Positions 46,166-56,032 of a stretch of DNA of 64,000 bases are shown here, one piece after another. Source of the DNA: an uncultured Candidatus Poseidoniales archaeon (lineage in GTDB: Archaea; Thermoplasmatota; Poseidoniia; Poseidoniales; Poseidoniaceae); contig CAXGZX010000002.1 in assembly GCA_964014545.1 (NCBI GenBank), positions 521 to 64,520 on the forward strand. The letters are read 5' to 3'. The position numbers and the translations under genes were made by a program. Positions within the stretch are counted from its first letter, which is position 1. Each line of letters begins with the position of its first letter. The notes under the pieces were generated by a model, which had not been told where the DNA came from, searched no databases, and was given only the letters and a program-made list of their open reading frames with translations.

Positions 46166-47449
46166 TCACTGTTTAGCGTTCAATATTTGACCACCAATAT
46201 CGGTCCTAAAATGGCCACCTTCTAAGGAAATAGTATTTATTAAATCATAGGCTAAAGTCGCTGCACCAGACAATGTTTTTGACATAGCACTACAAGATAA
46301 AACCCTGCCACCATTGGCAATAATTTTGTTTCCCGCTAATTTAGTTCCTGCATGATTTATCCAAGAACTCTCTAATGCAATAACGTTCATATTATCAGAA
46401 ATACCTTCGACAATCCGTCCTTTGACCGGCTGACTTGGATAACCTTCTGATGCAAGTACAATTGTCAAGGCATGAGCATCATAAAACTCCACATCCAATG
46501 AAGATAATTTATCCAATGAGGCGCTGTGAAGAATAGTAAACAAATCAGTTTTTATTAACGGCAAGGTGATTTGACATTCTGGATCGCCAAACCTAACATT
46601 AAATTCAACTACGTTGGGGTCCCCAGAATCTGTGATCATCAATCCAACATACAACACACCTCGGTACGGAATAGTAAGTTTTGAGAGGTACTCAAACATT
46701 GGTTTAACGATTCGCGAAATTACCTTTTCATGGACTGATTTTGTCACGATAGGAGCTGGACAATAAGCCCCCATACCACCAGTGTTGGGACCCAAATCCC
46801 CATCATATGCACGTTTGTGATCTTGACTAGGAGGTAGGCACACAAATCCAGAACCATCCATGACGACTAACATGCTAGCTTCTTGACCGGGTAGAAATTC
46901 CTCTAGCAGAACTTTACCATCGGTTTGGATGGCATTGGTAATGAATTCCTTTGCTTCACTGCGATCTGTTGTAACCAGTACACCCTTGCCACCAGCCAGA
47001 ACATCGCGTTTTACCACCCATGGATGTTCTGAAAATAGGTCAAGTGAAGAATCAATATGGGCAGTGTTATTGAGAATTTTAAAACCTGCAGTTGGTACAC
47101 CAACCTCACTCATCACCTGCTTTGCATGTAACTTTGACCCTTCCAACTCAGCTAGTTCTGCAACCGGTCCAAAACACGGTATGCTTACCTCAATGAGACG
47201 GTCTGCTAAGGATTTACAGAGTGGTGCTTCTGGACCGACAACAACTAAATCAATATGAGATTTGATCGAGAAATCAACTAACGCTTCAATGTCTGTTGGT
47301 GAAATATCGATATTGCTGGCAATAGATGCGGTTCCGGCATTGCCAGGGGCGCAATACAACTGGTCAACCATAACTGAATCATTAAGGGCTAAACATAGCG
47401 AATGCTCTCTACCACCGCCACCAACAACCAATACCTTGTGAGCGCCCAT
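46166..47449 (-). CDS. purD: Phosphoribosylamine-glycine ligase (GAR synthetase)
   Basis: KVLVVGGGGREHSLCLAL N terminus, ATP-grasp core (EEFLPGQEASMLVVMDG, GPNTGGMGAYCPAP), and 427 aa colinear with PurD. GAGGG 7 nt upstream of the start. Confidence 0.92.
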   Translation of the reverse strand: MGAHKVLVVGGGGREHSLCLALNDSVMVDQLYCAPGNAGTASIASNIDISPTDIEALVDFSIKSHIDLVVVGPEAPLCKSLADRLIEVSIPCFGPVAELAELEGSKLHAKQVMSEVGVPTAGFKILNNTAHIDSSLDLFSEHPWVVKRDVLAGGKGVLVTTDRSEAKEFITNAIQTDGKVLLEEFLPGQEASMLVVMDGSGFVCLPPSQDHKRAYDGDLGPNTGGMGAYCPAPIVTKSVHEKVISRIVKPMFEYLSKLTIPYRGVLYVGLMITDSGDPNVVEFNVRFGDPECQITLPLIKTDLFTILHSASLDKLSSLDVEFYDAHALTIVLASEGYPSQPVKGRIVEGISDNMNVIALESSWINHAGTKLAGNKIIANGGRVLSCSAMSKTLSGAATLAYDLINTISLEGGHFRTDIGGQILNAKQ

Positions 47450-47544
47450 AATTAGCCCTCAATGCTGTCCATTGATAATCTATTTTGCTAAATTCAAGTA
47501 TTACATTTGTCAAATGTTAAAGGCCTTCATCATAACGCAGGCAC

Positions 47545-48222
47545 ATGCAAACAGTCAATGAGGTTGCCCTAGACATGGGATTACTATCCCTTAGTTTGAT
47601 GACTTTGTGGCTTTATCTACCCGGTTTCTTAGCAAATACATTTGCTATGATGTGGGGTAAATGGCTGCCAAAAACTGGCTATGGACCATGGCCAATTGAT
47701 GGTGGTAAAACTATGAAAGATGGCAACAGAATGCTAGGTGACGGTAAAACTTGGAATGGATTAATTGGTGGTTCACTCACCTCGGGATTACTCTGTGTTA
47801 TTATCGTAGCATCCATGGGTGATGTACCAAATATTGATTCCGTAGAATCCAACATATTTGCTCACCCATTGACTGGTTTTGAGGACTCATGGTTCGATAT
47901 TGGATCCACTACTGTTTCAGCGTTTATTTTAGGTACGTTCTTAGGTTTTGCCTGCCTTGTTGGAGACAGTACTGGTTCATTTTTTAAGCGCCGCAGGGGG
48001 CTTAAAAGAGAAGGTGACATTTCTTCTAAAGCACCCTTACTAGACACCCTACCGTTTGCCATTATGGTATTTTTGTGGGGCCAATTATTCTTAGGTGAGT
48101 CCTTGCTTTCACAATCCGAATTGGTTGTACCAATGTTAATTATGATCGTAATTACGCCAATTCTACATCGTTCTTTCAACTTAATTGGATACTACATTGG
48201 TTGGAAAGATGTGCCATACTAA
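47545..48222 (+). CDS. carS: CDP-archaeol synthase (CarS, DUF46 family)
   Basis: YLPGFLANTFAMMWGK, PIDGGKT, GDGKTWNGLIGG and GDSTGSFFKRRRG segments match the CarS/DUF46 pattern. Five or six TM helices. Confidence 0.8.
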   Translation: MQTVNEVALDMGLLSLSLMTLWLYLPGFLANTFAMMWGKWLPKTGYGPWPIDGGKTMKDGNRMLGDGKTWNGLIGGSLTSGLLCVIIVASMGDVPNIDSVESNIFAHPLTGFEDSWFDIGSTTVSAFILGTFLGFACLVGDSTGSFFKRRRGLKREGDISSKAPLLDTLPFAIMVFLWGQLFLGESLLSQSELVVPMLIMIVITPILHRSFNLIGYYIGWKDVPY

Positions 48223-48283
48223 AACAATCTTTATCTAGGCATGAAGGGAAAGGTTTGATGAATAACTGCATTTAGTCTGCCAT

Positions 48284-50014
48284 ATGCGTAGAGCAACAAT
48301 TATTGTAGCATTCTTTATGATTTCAACAATCATATTCATGCCGACTGGACTTTCACAGCCTCAAACAGACGGTTCAACACAAGTAATAACGTCTTCAGAA
48401 TTGTGGGATACAAATTCTGAATTTAACGGTGATGTTACTGTTACTGAAGGAGCAACACTGACTATCAGTGGGGACATTAGTATTGCCACTGGAGCCTCTA
48501 TTGTGGTGGATGAAGGCGCAAACTTAGTGCTTACTGGAGGATTATCAGCCTTGGAAATGTCCTCGGGTGTGTTCATGGAAGTGTATGATACAACAATGCT
48601 TCAACCAAACTTTACCGGACTGGTTGATTCAGGAACACTGCGCATCAATGTGGCTAAAGATTACTTCAGTACAATGGATGTTAATGTAACAGTTGGAGAC
48701 AGCACAATCGCCTGGACTGGTGAAGATTACCTAGACTACAGTGTCGATTTTAATGACCAAGCAATTAATGTTAGTTTCCAAGGATTCTGGCAATTCCCGG
48801 TATGGATTGACTCGATTCAAGCATTTGATAGCAATGGAGTAATCTATACTCTAGACGCTGATGAGTGGCAACATAACAACGGCGTTTTGAAAACCGAAGA
48901 AGGTGAGGCATCCTACAGCATAACAATCAACGGAAACTTTGACTCAAATTCTGGTTCTATTGAAGGGGCTGAGTTGAGTTGCATTGGTGTATGTACAATT
49001 GATAATAGCACATTGAACTGGAGCAGCCCAATTAATGTTGAAGACACCGGTACACTCTCAATAATGACTAGCATAATCAATGGAAGTCGAACTTATGAAG
49101 ACATCATTGTTCATGACACTGGCACAATCAATTATGATACTTCGACAATGACTGGCACAGGCGGCCCAACTGATAGTTGGATTCGATTACTGTCACAGAG
49201 AGTCATTTCCACAAATTTGAAAGATGCTCCAGCTAGTGTCCATTTTGAAGGTCTTGGATACCTAGGCAGCAGCGGCGATTTAACATTAGATCAAAATGGT
49301 AATGTCGAATTGTCACAGCACAATAATCCAGATCTCAGTAAGTATCTGCGTATGACAGAATGGCTAGATAGTTCAGGGGAAATGAATCAGGAGGATGCAA
49401 TGGTTCTGATTACCTTAAGCGGCGGCAATAATGCTTGGAGCGGTGATTACTCAACCACTCTTGACCCTGCACCTATGACCCCATCATTCACTGCCAACAT
49501 TCCGCTACCATACGTAGTGATTGATTCTGTTGTTCCCGAGGATAACAAAGGAACTGCTAACAAAGGAATTGGAGTAATGGTAACCGCTTCTAATACAGGA
49601 GATGTCGAAGTATCTACCAATATACAATGTTTTGAGGGTGATGAATTAGCCGACGTAACAACCCTATATGTGACCTTAGCACCGGGTGAATCAAAAGATA
49701 TCCCGACTACATGGTATGCAAACTCTTCCGGAGCAAAATCCTTGAATTGTAAACCCTTGATTCTGCCAAAATTTAACACCTTATCTGAAGACCTTGGCCA
49801 GTCTGCTGGCACTGAGTCTGAACTAGTTTCCTTCAAGGACGCTGAAGATTCAGAAGATATGCCAATCATCCTGTACGGTGCAATCGTAATTGTCATAGTT
49901 ATTGGTACAATCATATTCTCTAGAATCTCTGCTAAGAAACTCACAGAAACTGAGGAAGAGAAAGATTACTCCATCGACGAGGATGACGATGAAGATACTG
50001 GAGTCATTGAATAA
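48284..50014 (+). CDS. Surface protein: beta-helix-like N-terminal region + CARDB-like domain + C-terminal TM anchor with acidic tail
   Basis: Signal MRRATIIVAFFMISTIIFMPTGLSQP. GDVTVTEGATLTISGDISIATGASIVVDEGANLVLTGG. CARDB-like VMVTASNTGDVEVSTNIQCFEG...LAPGESKDIPTTW. TM helix IILYGAIVIVIVIGTIIF followed by DEDDDEDTGVIE. Confidence 0.5.
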   Translation: MRRATIIVAFFMISTIIFMPTGLSQPQTDGSTQVITSSELWDTNSEFNGDVTVTEGATLTISGDISIATGASIVVDEGANLVLTGGLSALEMSSGVFMEVYDTTMLQPNFTGLVDSGTLRINVAKDYFSTMDVNVTVGDSTIAWTGEDYLDYSVDFNDQAINVSFQGFWQFPVWIDSIQAFDSNGVIYTLDADEWQHNNGVLKTEEGEASYSITINGNFDSNSGSIEGAELSCIGVCTIDNSTLNWSSPINVEDTGTLSIMTSIINGSRTYEDIIVHDTGTINYDTSTMTGTGGPTDSWIRLLSQRVISTNLKDAPASVHFEGLGYLGSSGDLTLDQNGNVELSQHNNPDLSKYLRMTEWLDSSGEMNQEDAMVLITLSGGNNAWSGDYSTTLDPAPMTPSFTANIPLPYVVIDSVVPEDNKGTANKGIGVMVTASNTGDVEVSTNIQCFEGDELADVTTLYVTLAPGESKDIPTTWYANSSGAKSLNCKPLILPKFNTLSEDLGQSAGTESELVSFKDAEDSEDMPIILYGAIVIVIVIGTIIFSRISAKKLTETEEEKDYSIDEDDDEDTGVIE

Positions 50015-50017
50015 TAG

Positions 50018-50359
50018 TTAGTCGACGCTAGCATCACTGAAAACTCGTAATACAACGACACCTGCAATAATCAAAGCCATACCAACTGCTCCAGCCAGAT
50101 CTATTTTTTGATCAAATATTAGCACTGATATAATTGCTAATGAAGCAATCCCAACGCCAGACCAAATGGCATAAGCGACTCCAATTGGGATTGTATCAAG
50201 AGTAAGGGATAGAAAGTAAAAGGCTGAACAATAACCAATTACCACCACTAATGATGGCCAAAACTTAGTAAAACCATCTGTTGATTTGAGATATGCTGTT
50301 GCAATAACTTCAGTCATTATCGCTAATCCTAGATAAGCCCATTTAGCCAAACTAGCCAC
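50018..50359 (-). CDS. Small multidrug resistance (SMR/EmrE-type) transporter
   Basis: 113 aa with four TM helices. WAYLGLAIMTEVIATAYLKSTDGFTKFWPS (conserved membrane Glu) and GVAYAIWSGVGIA closely parallel EmrE. Confidence 0.85.
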   Translation of the reverse strand: MASLAKWAYLGLAIMTEVIATAYLKSTDGFTKFWPSLVVVIGYCSAFYFLSLTLDTIPIGVAYAIWSGVGIASLAIISVLIFDQKIDLAGAVGMALIIAGVVVLRVFSDASVD

Positions 50360-50380
50360 TTCTGTAAGTTATAACAAGTT

Positions 50381-51628
50381 TCAGCAGGTGGTCATTGCGC
50401 CATCTTGAGTAGAATCTTGCTCATCCCAATCTAGTTCCCAACTATTGCTGGAGGTGTATGTTGATGTATCCCCTGCATAGAATTGGTTTACTACCTCAAG
50501 TTCAAATGTATAGCAACCTGCTTCACCGTAGAACTTATCTCTTTCAAGATATTGTGTTAAATCATTTTGTGCAGTACCAGGCAAGCCGAACCAGCCATCT
50601 ATTTCAACTGAACCTTGACCAATTTCTTGACTTGACCAAGATGCACTTAGTCCGTTTACAGTAATTGGAGGCATGTTATAGACTGGACTTGAACCTTCTT
50701 TGATTACTAGATTGAGCGTATAATCTGATACAACAGACAATACATCACTGGTTTCTAAGGAATGGTCGCCACCGTCCAATGATTGTTCTCCATTAGAGAA
50801 TAAACCAACAGCTGCATCAATAGCGATACCATCTGTCACCGATGTCGCACCTGTCCCTTGATTGGTTGTTTTTACAATCTTGAATATACTAATTGCAGAA
50901 TTTTGCGCTTCTCTAGTTAAAAATCTTGGTTCTATGTCAATAGAAGAAAATTGTCCATCTGAAGATTCAACTTCGAGTCTATACTGGGTAACCACATTTG
51001 CTAACCAACCATTACCCTGCACCAAATGTTCATAAGAATTTCCAGTAAAAACTTCATCAAGAGGCGCATAGAATGTTGCCCTGTCGTTGGATAATGATTT
51101 GCTACCTTCCCAAACTTCTTCGTCACCCGCAAAAATCTTAGCAGTTATTTCATTTGTACTACCTCTGACGACAAATGTGAAATCATTCTCATCCTCATCA
51201 ATAGACAATTCAGATATTACAATTGATGCATTGGTTGGGATAATCATTATCGCAGCATACGGCCCAACTGCTATTATGAAGGCTAAAGCAACAGAAATAC
51301 CAGTCTTGAGTCCTGAAACACCACCAGACATTCTTTGTGAGAAAAGGATTAACCCGATACCTAAGGCCAGAACAACCAAGACTACAGCAAAGCCAAACCC
51401 TCCGCCTTGGAGAGAAATTATAGCCCCAAGGACGATTATTACCCAGCCGACTAAATTTAGGATCAATGGAATGTCTGGACCAGCGTCTTGTGCTGTTGCT
51501 TTACTAGTGGCGACAACCGGCTTAGTTTTACTGAGCAAGGCAGCCGACTCAGGCTTTGATTCTGATTTCTTAGAACTCTTAGGTTCATCATTTGATGCGG
51601 TCTTTGCTTTATCAAGTAGTCCAGCCAT
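50381..51628 (-). CDS. Membrane protein with Lys/Ser-rich cytoplasmic N terminus and extracellular domain (function unknown)
   Basis: 415-aa ORF with three TM helices at about aa 55-130, followed by a beta-rich ectodomain. No motif recognised. Confidence 0.45.
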   Translation of the reverse strand: MAGLLDKAKTASNDEPKSSKKSESKPESAALLSKTKPVVATSKATAQDAGPDIPLILNLVGWVIIVLGAIISLQGGGFGFAVVLVVLALGIGLILFSQRMSGGVSGLKTGISVALAFIIAVGPYAAIMIIPTNASIVISELSIDEDENDFTFVVRGSTNEITAKIFAGDEEVWEGSKSLSNDRATFYAPLDEVFTGNSYEHLVQGNGWLANVVTQYRLEVESSDGQFSSIDIEPRFLTREAQNSAISIFKIVKTTNQGTGATSVTDGIAIDAAVGLFSNGEQSLDGGDHSLETSDVLSVVSDYTLNLVIKEGSSPVYNMPPITVNGLSASWSSQEIGQGSVEIDGWFGLPGTAQNDLTQYLERDKFYGEAGCYTFELEVVNQFYAGDTSTYTSSNSWELDWDEQDSTQDGAMTTC

Positions 51629-51721
51629 GGTGCTCCCTGTTTAGTTCACTACAGGTTTAAGTTATGAACTAAGCGCCTCCAAGAGTCACAAAAGTCAGTT
51701 TTACAGCGGGCAATGAGCAGT

Positions 51722-52672
51722 TCAAAGTCCGGGAGCAGCTTCTCGCCATTCCTCGTCTTCGTCGTCGACATTGATGAACCGACGACCAGCAACTGCAGCA
51801 GCAAGAGCAATCATAGAGAGAGCTGGGATTATTTCAAAGCCTGGCAGGTAAACTCCTCTTACGTAAATGGTAATCATCTGGGTTTCAGTAATACAGCCGC
51901 CTGTTGTACAAGCAAATTCGGACTCAGCATAGAAGTCTAGTACGTGGTAAGCATCTGTCCATCCTTGATTCTTTGGTGTTCTAACCTTAATCTCAACATT
52001 TGTTGGTGTTGGACCTGGATCTACGCCTTTCTTTACCGCAGGTAGAGTGACAGTAAATCCTGCATCTTCCAGTGACTTACGGTAAGTGTCAGTAATTCCC
52101 ACCTTCATGAAGTCATACTGGTTACCTAGATTGTAAACTTTGAACTCGAATATTTTGTCGGTTTTTGGCATCAGTTGAACGAATGGTTCGGTTGCTTCTA
52201 CTTGAACTAATGAATATTGCATGATGTTAACAATCATGTTGGTGTTTGAAGATGCTGAGTTTAGTGGAGGTACACCGTTTATTTCTTGGACTGTTGCTTG
52301 AACAGATAGCGTTCTTACATCCATTGTCATGTAAGGAGTTGCTCTAACTGATATTTGGAAATCTACTGATTCTCCAGCACCAACATACATGTCACCAGGA
52401 GCGGCTGTTGCCAAACCTTCTGCATTGACGTTGAGGCTAACTTTCTCTTGGTATGCTGTAGGGTTGGTTGCAGTACAGGTAGTAAATCCAGAGTAAGTTG
52501 AACCAGGTTTTACTTCTACGTTGATAGTAGATGGTGCACAGTTAACTGAAATAGCAGCTGTCGGGGTTGGGTTTTGAGCAGCCGCTGGAGCAGCAACTAC
52601 AAGCATGGAAAATAAGTACAATGTTACAAGAAACGAAGCGCGCTTTAAGTTGGTCACAATCTCACCTATCAT
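51722..52672 (-). CDS. Secreted surface protein with PGF-CTERM-like sorting/anchor signal
   Basis: Signal MIGEIVTNLKRASFLVTLYLFSMLVVAAPAAAQ, with GGGGGTGGG upstream of ATG 52672 (the ORF extends to 52729). C terminus YLPGFEIIPALSMIALAAAVAGRRF matches the PGF + hydrophobic + RR pattern, followed by an unusual acidic extension INVDDEDEEWREAAPGL. Confidence 0.55.
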   Translation of the reverse strand: MIGEIVTNLKRASFLVTLYLFSMLVVAAPAAAQNPTPTAAISVNCAPSTINVEVKPGSTYSGFTTCTATNPTAYQEKVSLNVNAEGLATAAPGDMYVGAGESVDFQISVRATPYMTMDVRTLSVQATVQEINGVPPLNSASSNTNMIVNIMQYSLVQVEATEPFVQLMPKTDKIFEFKVYNLGNQYDFMKVGITDTYRKSLEDAGFTVTLPAVKKGVDPGPTPTNVEIKVRTPKNQGWTDAYHVLDFYAESEFACTTGGCITETQMITIYVRGVYLPGFEIIPALSMIALAAAVAGRRFINVDDEDEEWREAAPGL

Positions 52673-52751
52673 GCTTCCCACCCCCGTGACCCTCATAACC
52701 ATTTTGGGAAGATGGGAGATAATTGCCATGAAAACGGCTATTGTGAAAAAG

Positions 52752-52825
52752 TGGGCCCGAAGGGATTTGAACCCTTGACCGCCCGGTTATGAGCCGGGTG
52801 CTCTAACCAACTAAGCTACAGGCCC
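52752..52825 (-). tRNA. tRNA with anticodon CAT (elongator tRNA-Met, or tRNA-Ile2 if C34 is agmatidinylated)
   Basis: The minus strand reads GGGCCTGTAGCTTAGTTGGTTAGAGCACCCGGCTCATAACCGGGCGGTCAAGGGTTCAAATCCCTTCGGGCCCA, 74 nt. It folds as a cloverleaf: 7-bp acceptor stem with one G-U, anticodon stem CCCGG/CCGGG with loop CTCATAA, and T arm AAGGG-TTCAAAT-CCCTT. CCA is not encoded. A T5 run follows the 3' end (52746-52750). The G1-C72 pair argues against an initiator. Confidence 0.9.
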
Positions 52826-52850
52826 GTAGTCGCCCGTCACGCCGCTCAGT

Positions 52851-52858
52851 CATAAAGT
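52851..52858 (-). promoter_or_regulatory. Possible TATA-like box for the tRNA gene
   Basis: The minus strand reads ACTTTATG, centred about 29 nt upstream of tRNA position 1. It is a weak match to the archaeal TTTAWA consensus. Confidence 0.25.
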
Positions 52859-52865
52859 GTTCCAA

Positions 52866-54161
52866 CTAACTGAATTGGGATAGAGATGACTGGCTTGGCT
52901 TAATCCACTCTCTTACCACAGCTTCTGCTGCATCTCTGATTTCCTCGGGAACAAATACCATAGCTCGTTCATTTGGCAATGCTAAAGAACGAATCATAGC
53001 AGAATGTTCAGAAACGTCTCTACCGTCTTCTAATTTGATACCTTGCTCATACGGCATGTAACCACGCTTAGAAATTGTGGCATAAAGTACGTGGATTTCT
53101 GGGTCGTATCCATGTGATTGGATGAACTCTTCTAGACGTTGTTTTACTGCATCTACCATATTTATGTCCAGTGTGTTAATTCTCAACGACTTGTGGAAAC
53201 CTCGTCGTGACAGTAATTTATCAGCGTACAGTGACAAGATTGTATCCTCATGTTTTGCCCAATCTGATAGGGCTACTTTGATGTGAGAATCATTTAATTC
53301 AGCGTATTGTACTGGTGACAAGGATTCATTGACCAGCATTTGTTCCAACCTGTGATCTAGGCTTAACTCACCTTGTTCAGCCAAGACCTTAGCACGAGAC
53401 AACATATCAACCAAATAATTTTGAGTCAGCATGTTGACCTTGTGGAAGTAGACTTGATTGTACATGTGATATCTAGTCACTAGGTATGCTTCGACTGCTG
53501 GCAAGCCCCAAGTTTTGACATAAAAATGACCATTTTTGCCAACTCTTAGCGCCCTAAACACTCGGTCGATATCAAATCCACCAATTTGGGCACCTGTGTT
53601 TGCTTGGTCTCTAACTAGGTAATCCATTCGATCAACATCAAGTTGCGATGAAACTATTTCTTTCATGAACTGCGGAATTTCCACACCTTGGTAATCTGAC
53701 TTACCATCCATAAGGGCAAACAGGCGACCAAGTCTATCAGGACCTAGAACCTCATGAACCGCCTTGCCAATTTCGGTATCTGTTGATTCAATCAACAATC
53801 GACCCCAGTGCTCATGAGAATGAAATGTGGCAAAAACTTTCGGCGTTTCCAGAAGATGTGAATATGGCGGATGACCTATATCATGCAACATAGCAGCAAG
53901 TTGAACTAACTCCGCATCATTATCGTCAATGATACCCGGTTGAACATCTTGTAATAGTTGAGTTAATTTTCTTGCGAGGTAATAAGCACCTAGAGAATGT
54001 GAGAATCGATTGTGATTAGCCGCAGGAAATACGTATTCACAAGTCGATAATTGCTGAATAGAACGTAGCCTTTGGAATTCCTTAGTGTCAATAATCTTAG
54101 CGTGGTGTGGCGGCACAAGAATATCCTTGTGAATCTCGTCCCTTATCACCCGCTCTCGCAT
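52866..54161 (-). CDS. HD-domain phosphohydrolase (dNTP triphosphohydrolase/SAMHD1-like family)
   Basis: NRFSHSLGAYYLARKL and AAMLHDIGHPPYSHLLE (the H...HD...D metal site), plus SSQLDVDRMDYLVRD, typical of the HD dGTPase-like family. Confidence 0.8.
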   Translation of the reverse strand: MRERVIRDEIHKDILVPPHHAKIIDTKEFQRLRSIQQLSTCEYVFPAANHNRFSHSLGAYYLARKLTQLLQDVQPGIIDDNDAELVQLAAMLHDIGHPPYSHLLETPKVFATFHSHEHWGRLLIESTDTEIGKAVHEVLGPDRLGRLFALMDGKSDYQGVEIPQFMKEIVSSQLDVDRMDYLVRDQANTGAQIGGFDIDRVFRALRVGKNGHFYVKTWGLPAVEAYLVTRYHMYNQVYFHKVNMLTQNYLVDMLSRAKVLAEQGELSLDHRLEQMLVNESLSPVQYAELNDSHIKVALSDWAKHEDTILSLYADKLLSRRGFHKSLRINTLDINMVDAVKQRLEEFIQSHGYDPEIHVLYATISKRGYMPYEQGIKLEDGRDVSEHSAMIRSLALPNERAMVFVPEEIRDAAEAVVREWIKPSQSSLSQFS

Positions 54162-54262
54162 TCCATCCCCACAACACGCTCGCTTTACTGTTTAAAAAGG
54201 CGCTGCAAAGATAGGCAACTATCGTTAAACATGACTAAAAGACTGATTTGCTAGCACCAAGT

Positions 54263-56023
54263 ATGGCGGATGTTCTCAAGAGCATTATGAATAAAATTAC
54301 TGATGATGACCCAGCAACTAGAGGTCAACAACTTTGGGTGATGTTTACTCTAGCGATTTTCTTAGTCGCAATTTTGAATTATTACGCCATGGTTAGAGAA
54401 CCTGACATTGTAGATATGGATGAGTTGATTGAATACAAGAATGAAGTGGTCAAAGTCGAAGGAGAAATAATTTCATGGCGGGAAGACCCATGGAACTCAG
54501 GGGATTGGGAAACCCACGTCATTGTAACAGACGGTACTGCCGTGGTTGAGGCTCGTTGGAGCCGTCCTGCAGAAATACCACCAATTGGCACAAATGTGGT
54601 AATCACTGGCAAAGTTATGGAATATGAAGGTAATATTTACATGACTGCGGTAGGCTCAGGAGCAATGGACTGGGATGAAGATGACTTACCAGACATCGTC
54701 CAGTTATCTCTACTTGATGTCGCACTGGACCCAGAAAAATACGAAGGTGAAGTGATTTCCCTCACTGGATACATCGGAGAATCAATACCACCAGATGCAA
54801 TGTTTGTATCTGCTGATTTAAGGGACCATCCTTCTTACGGCAATGCTGAACATCAGGTCAAGTTAAGCATCAGGTCTAAGGTTGGAAGTTGGATTGAAAC
54901 CTCTTCCAAAGTACAAGTTACTGGAACAATATCATATAATCAACGAGACCTGAATTGGGTTATGTCTGTACAAGGTCCAGAAATCCTTGTTGACAGAAAC
55001 CACCCTGTTGACATTATTCGATTGAATTGGGGAGAAGAGGCCACATGGAGTTATCAGTCTGGCAACCTTGTCAATATTGCTGGCTATGTAATGGTTGGAG
55101 AAGAATGGAGTTTACGAGGCCCAGGTGGAGTAACAATTTGCCTTAAACCAAGTGGCATTGACCTTGCAGCTAATGAAAACGCCTCACTCAACAATGAATT
55201 TCGAGATATTCAAGGCAGGTTGATGTGGTCTGAAGCCGATTCTAGTTGGTGTATTGATGCAAGCGAAGGCACGCCCACTGGGAATTTGATAAATTCAGAA
55301 GATGTCGTTGATTTGTTATCATTACTTTCTGGAGATCCAATAAGATTGATTGACCAGCCTAACACTAGATACACTGTCAATGCATTTGTCAGATATGCCA
55401 TTGAGCCATCAGTTGAAGATGTCAGTGGCTGGCTAGTAGACAAGATTGATTATCGAGGACAGACAAAGATTTACGCAACTTTCCCAGCCCAAACTTCAAC
55501 TCAATGGATTGAGGCTGGTCAAGCAATTACTGCCAATGTATCAGTTACCTGGGATGACACCAATATGGCGATACGGCTAATGATCCACGATTATCAACTT
55601 GGCGACGTACCTGAGGCCAAAAATTTACTTTGGGATGAAGGTGCATCACAATGGGGATATTCTAGAAGCCAAATGGTAAATCTACCAGGCATTGCGGTTC
55701 AAGATGATGACGGTCAATGGTGGTTGCAAAGAGATGGCTCGAATCAAAGTATTAGACTATCACCTAATAACAACACTATCATCGGCACAGATAGTTATCA
55801 TAGCGGTTATTCACACGTTTGGAACGGTCGAATGATGGAAGTTGCAGACCCAGAAATGATTGCAACGGTTTACCATTTGATAAATGCCGACGTAGTTGAT
55901 ACTGATGGTGACGGTTTATCTGATAATTTAGAATCTCTGTACGGCACCAACCCGTACAATGTTGATACTGATGGCGATGGTGAAAACGATCGTGATGATA
56001 ACGACACATACCCCGACTATTGA
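54263..56023 (+). CDS. N-terminally anchored surface protein with multiple OB-fold-like modules and C-terminal TSP3 repeats
   Basis: TM anchor QLWVMFTLAIFLVAILNYYAMV. OB-like strand patterns (EVVKVEGEIISW..THVIVTDGTAVVEARW..IGTNVVITGKVMEYEGNIYM, GEVISLTGYIGES..VKLSIRS..KVQVTGTISY). C-terminal DTDGDGLSDNLE and DTDGDGENDRDD. ATG 54263 is preferred over TTG 54248. Confidence 0.5.
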   Translation: MADVLKSIMNKITDDDPATRGQQLWVMFTLAIFLVAILNYYAMVREPDIVDMDELIEYKNEVVKVEGEIISWREDPWNSGDWETHVIVTDGTAVVEARWSRPAEIPPIGTNVVITGKVMEYEGNIYMTAVGSGAMDWDEDDLPDIVQLSLLDVALDPEKYEGEVISLTGYIGESIPPDAMFVSADLRDHPSYGNAEHQVKLSIRSKVGSWIETSSKVQVTGTISYNQRDLNWVMSVQGPEILVDRNHPVDIIRLNWGEEATWSYQSGNLVNIAGYVMVGEEWSLRGPGGVTICLKPSGIDLAANENASLNNEFRDIQGRLMWSEADSSWCIDASEGTPTGNLINSEDVVDLLSLLSGDPIRLIDQPNTRYTVNAFVRYAIEPSVEDVSGWLVDKIDYRGQTKIYATFPAQTSTQWIEAGQAITANVSVTWDDTNMAIRLMIHDYQLGDVPEAKNLLWDEGASQWGYSRSQMVNLPGIAVQDDDGQWWLQRDGSNQSIRLSPNNNTIIGTDSYHSGYSHVWNGRMMEVADPEMIATVYHLINADVVDTDGDGLSDNLESLYGTNPYNVDTDGDGENDRDDNDTYPDY

Positions 56024-56032
56024 GGAATTTAG

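Noticed and set aside
51722-52866. The tRNA gene as an integration site for a mobile element or genomic island.
   Set aside because: No integrase or recombinase gene lies on either side. I did not see a second copy of the tRNA 3' half (GGTTCAAATCCC...) elsewhere in the window, although my by-eye search is not exhaustive.
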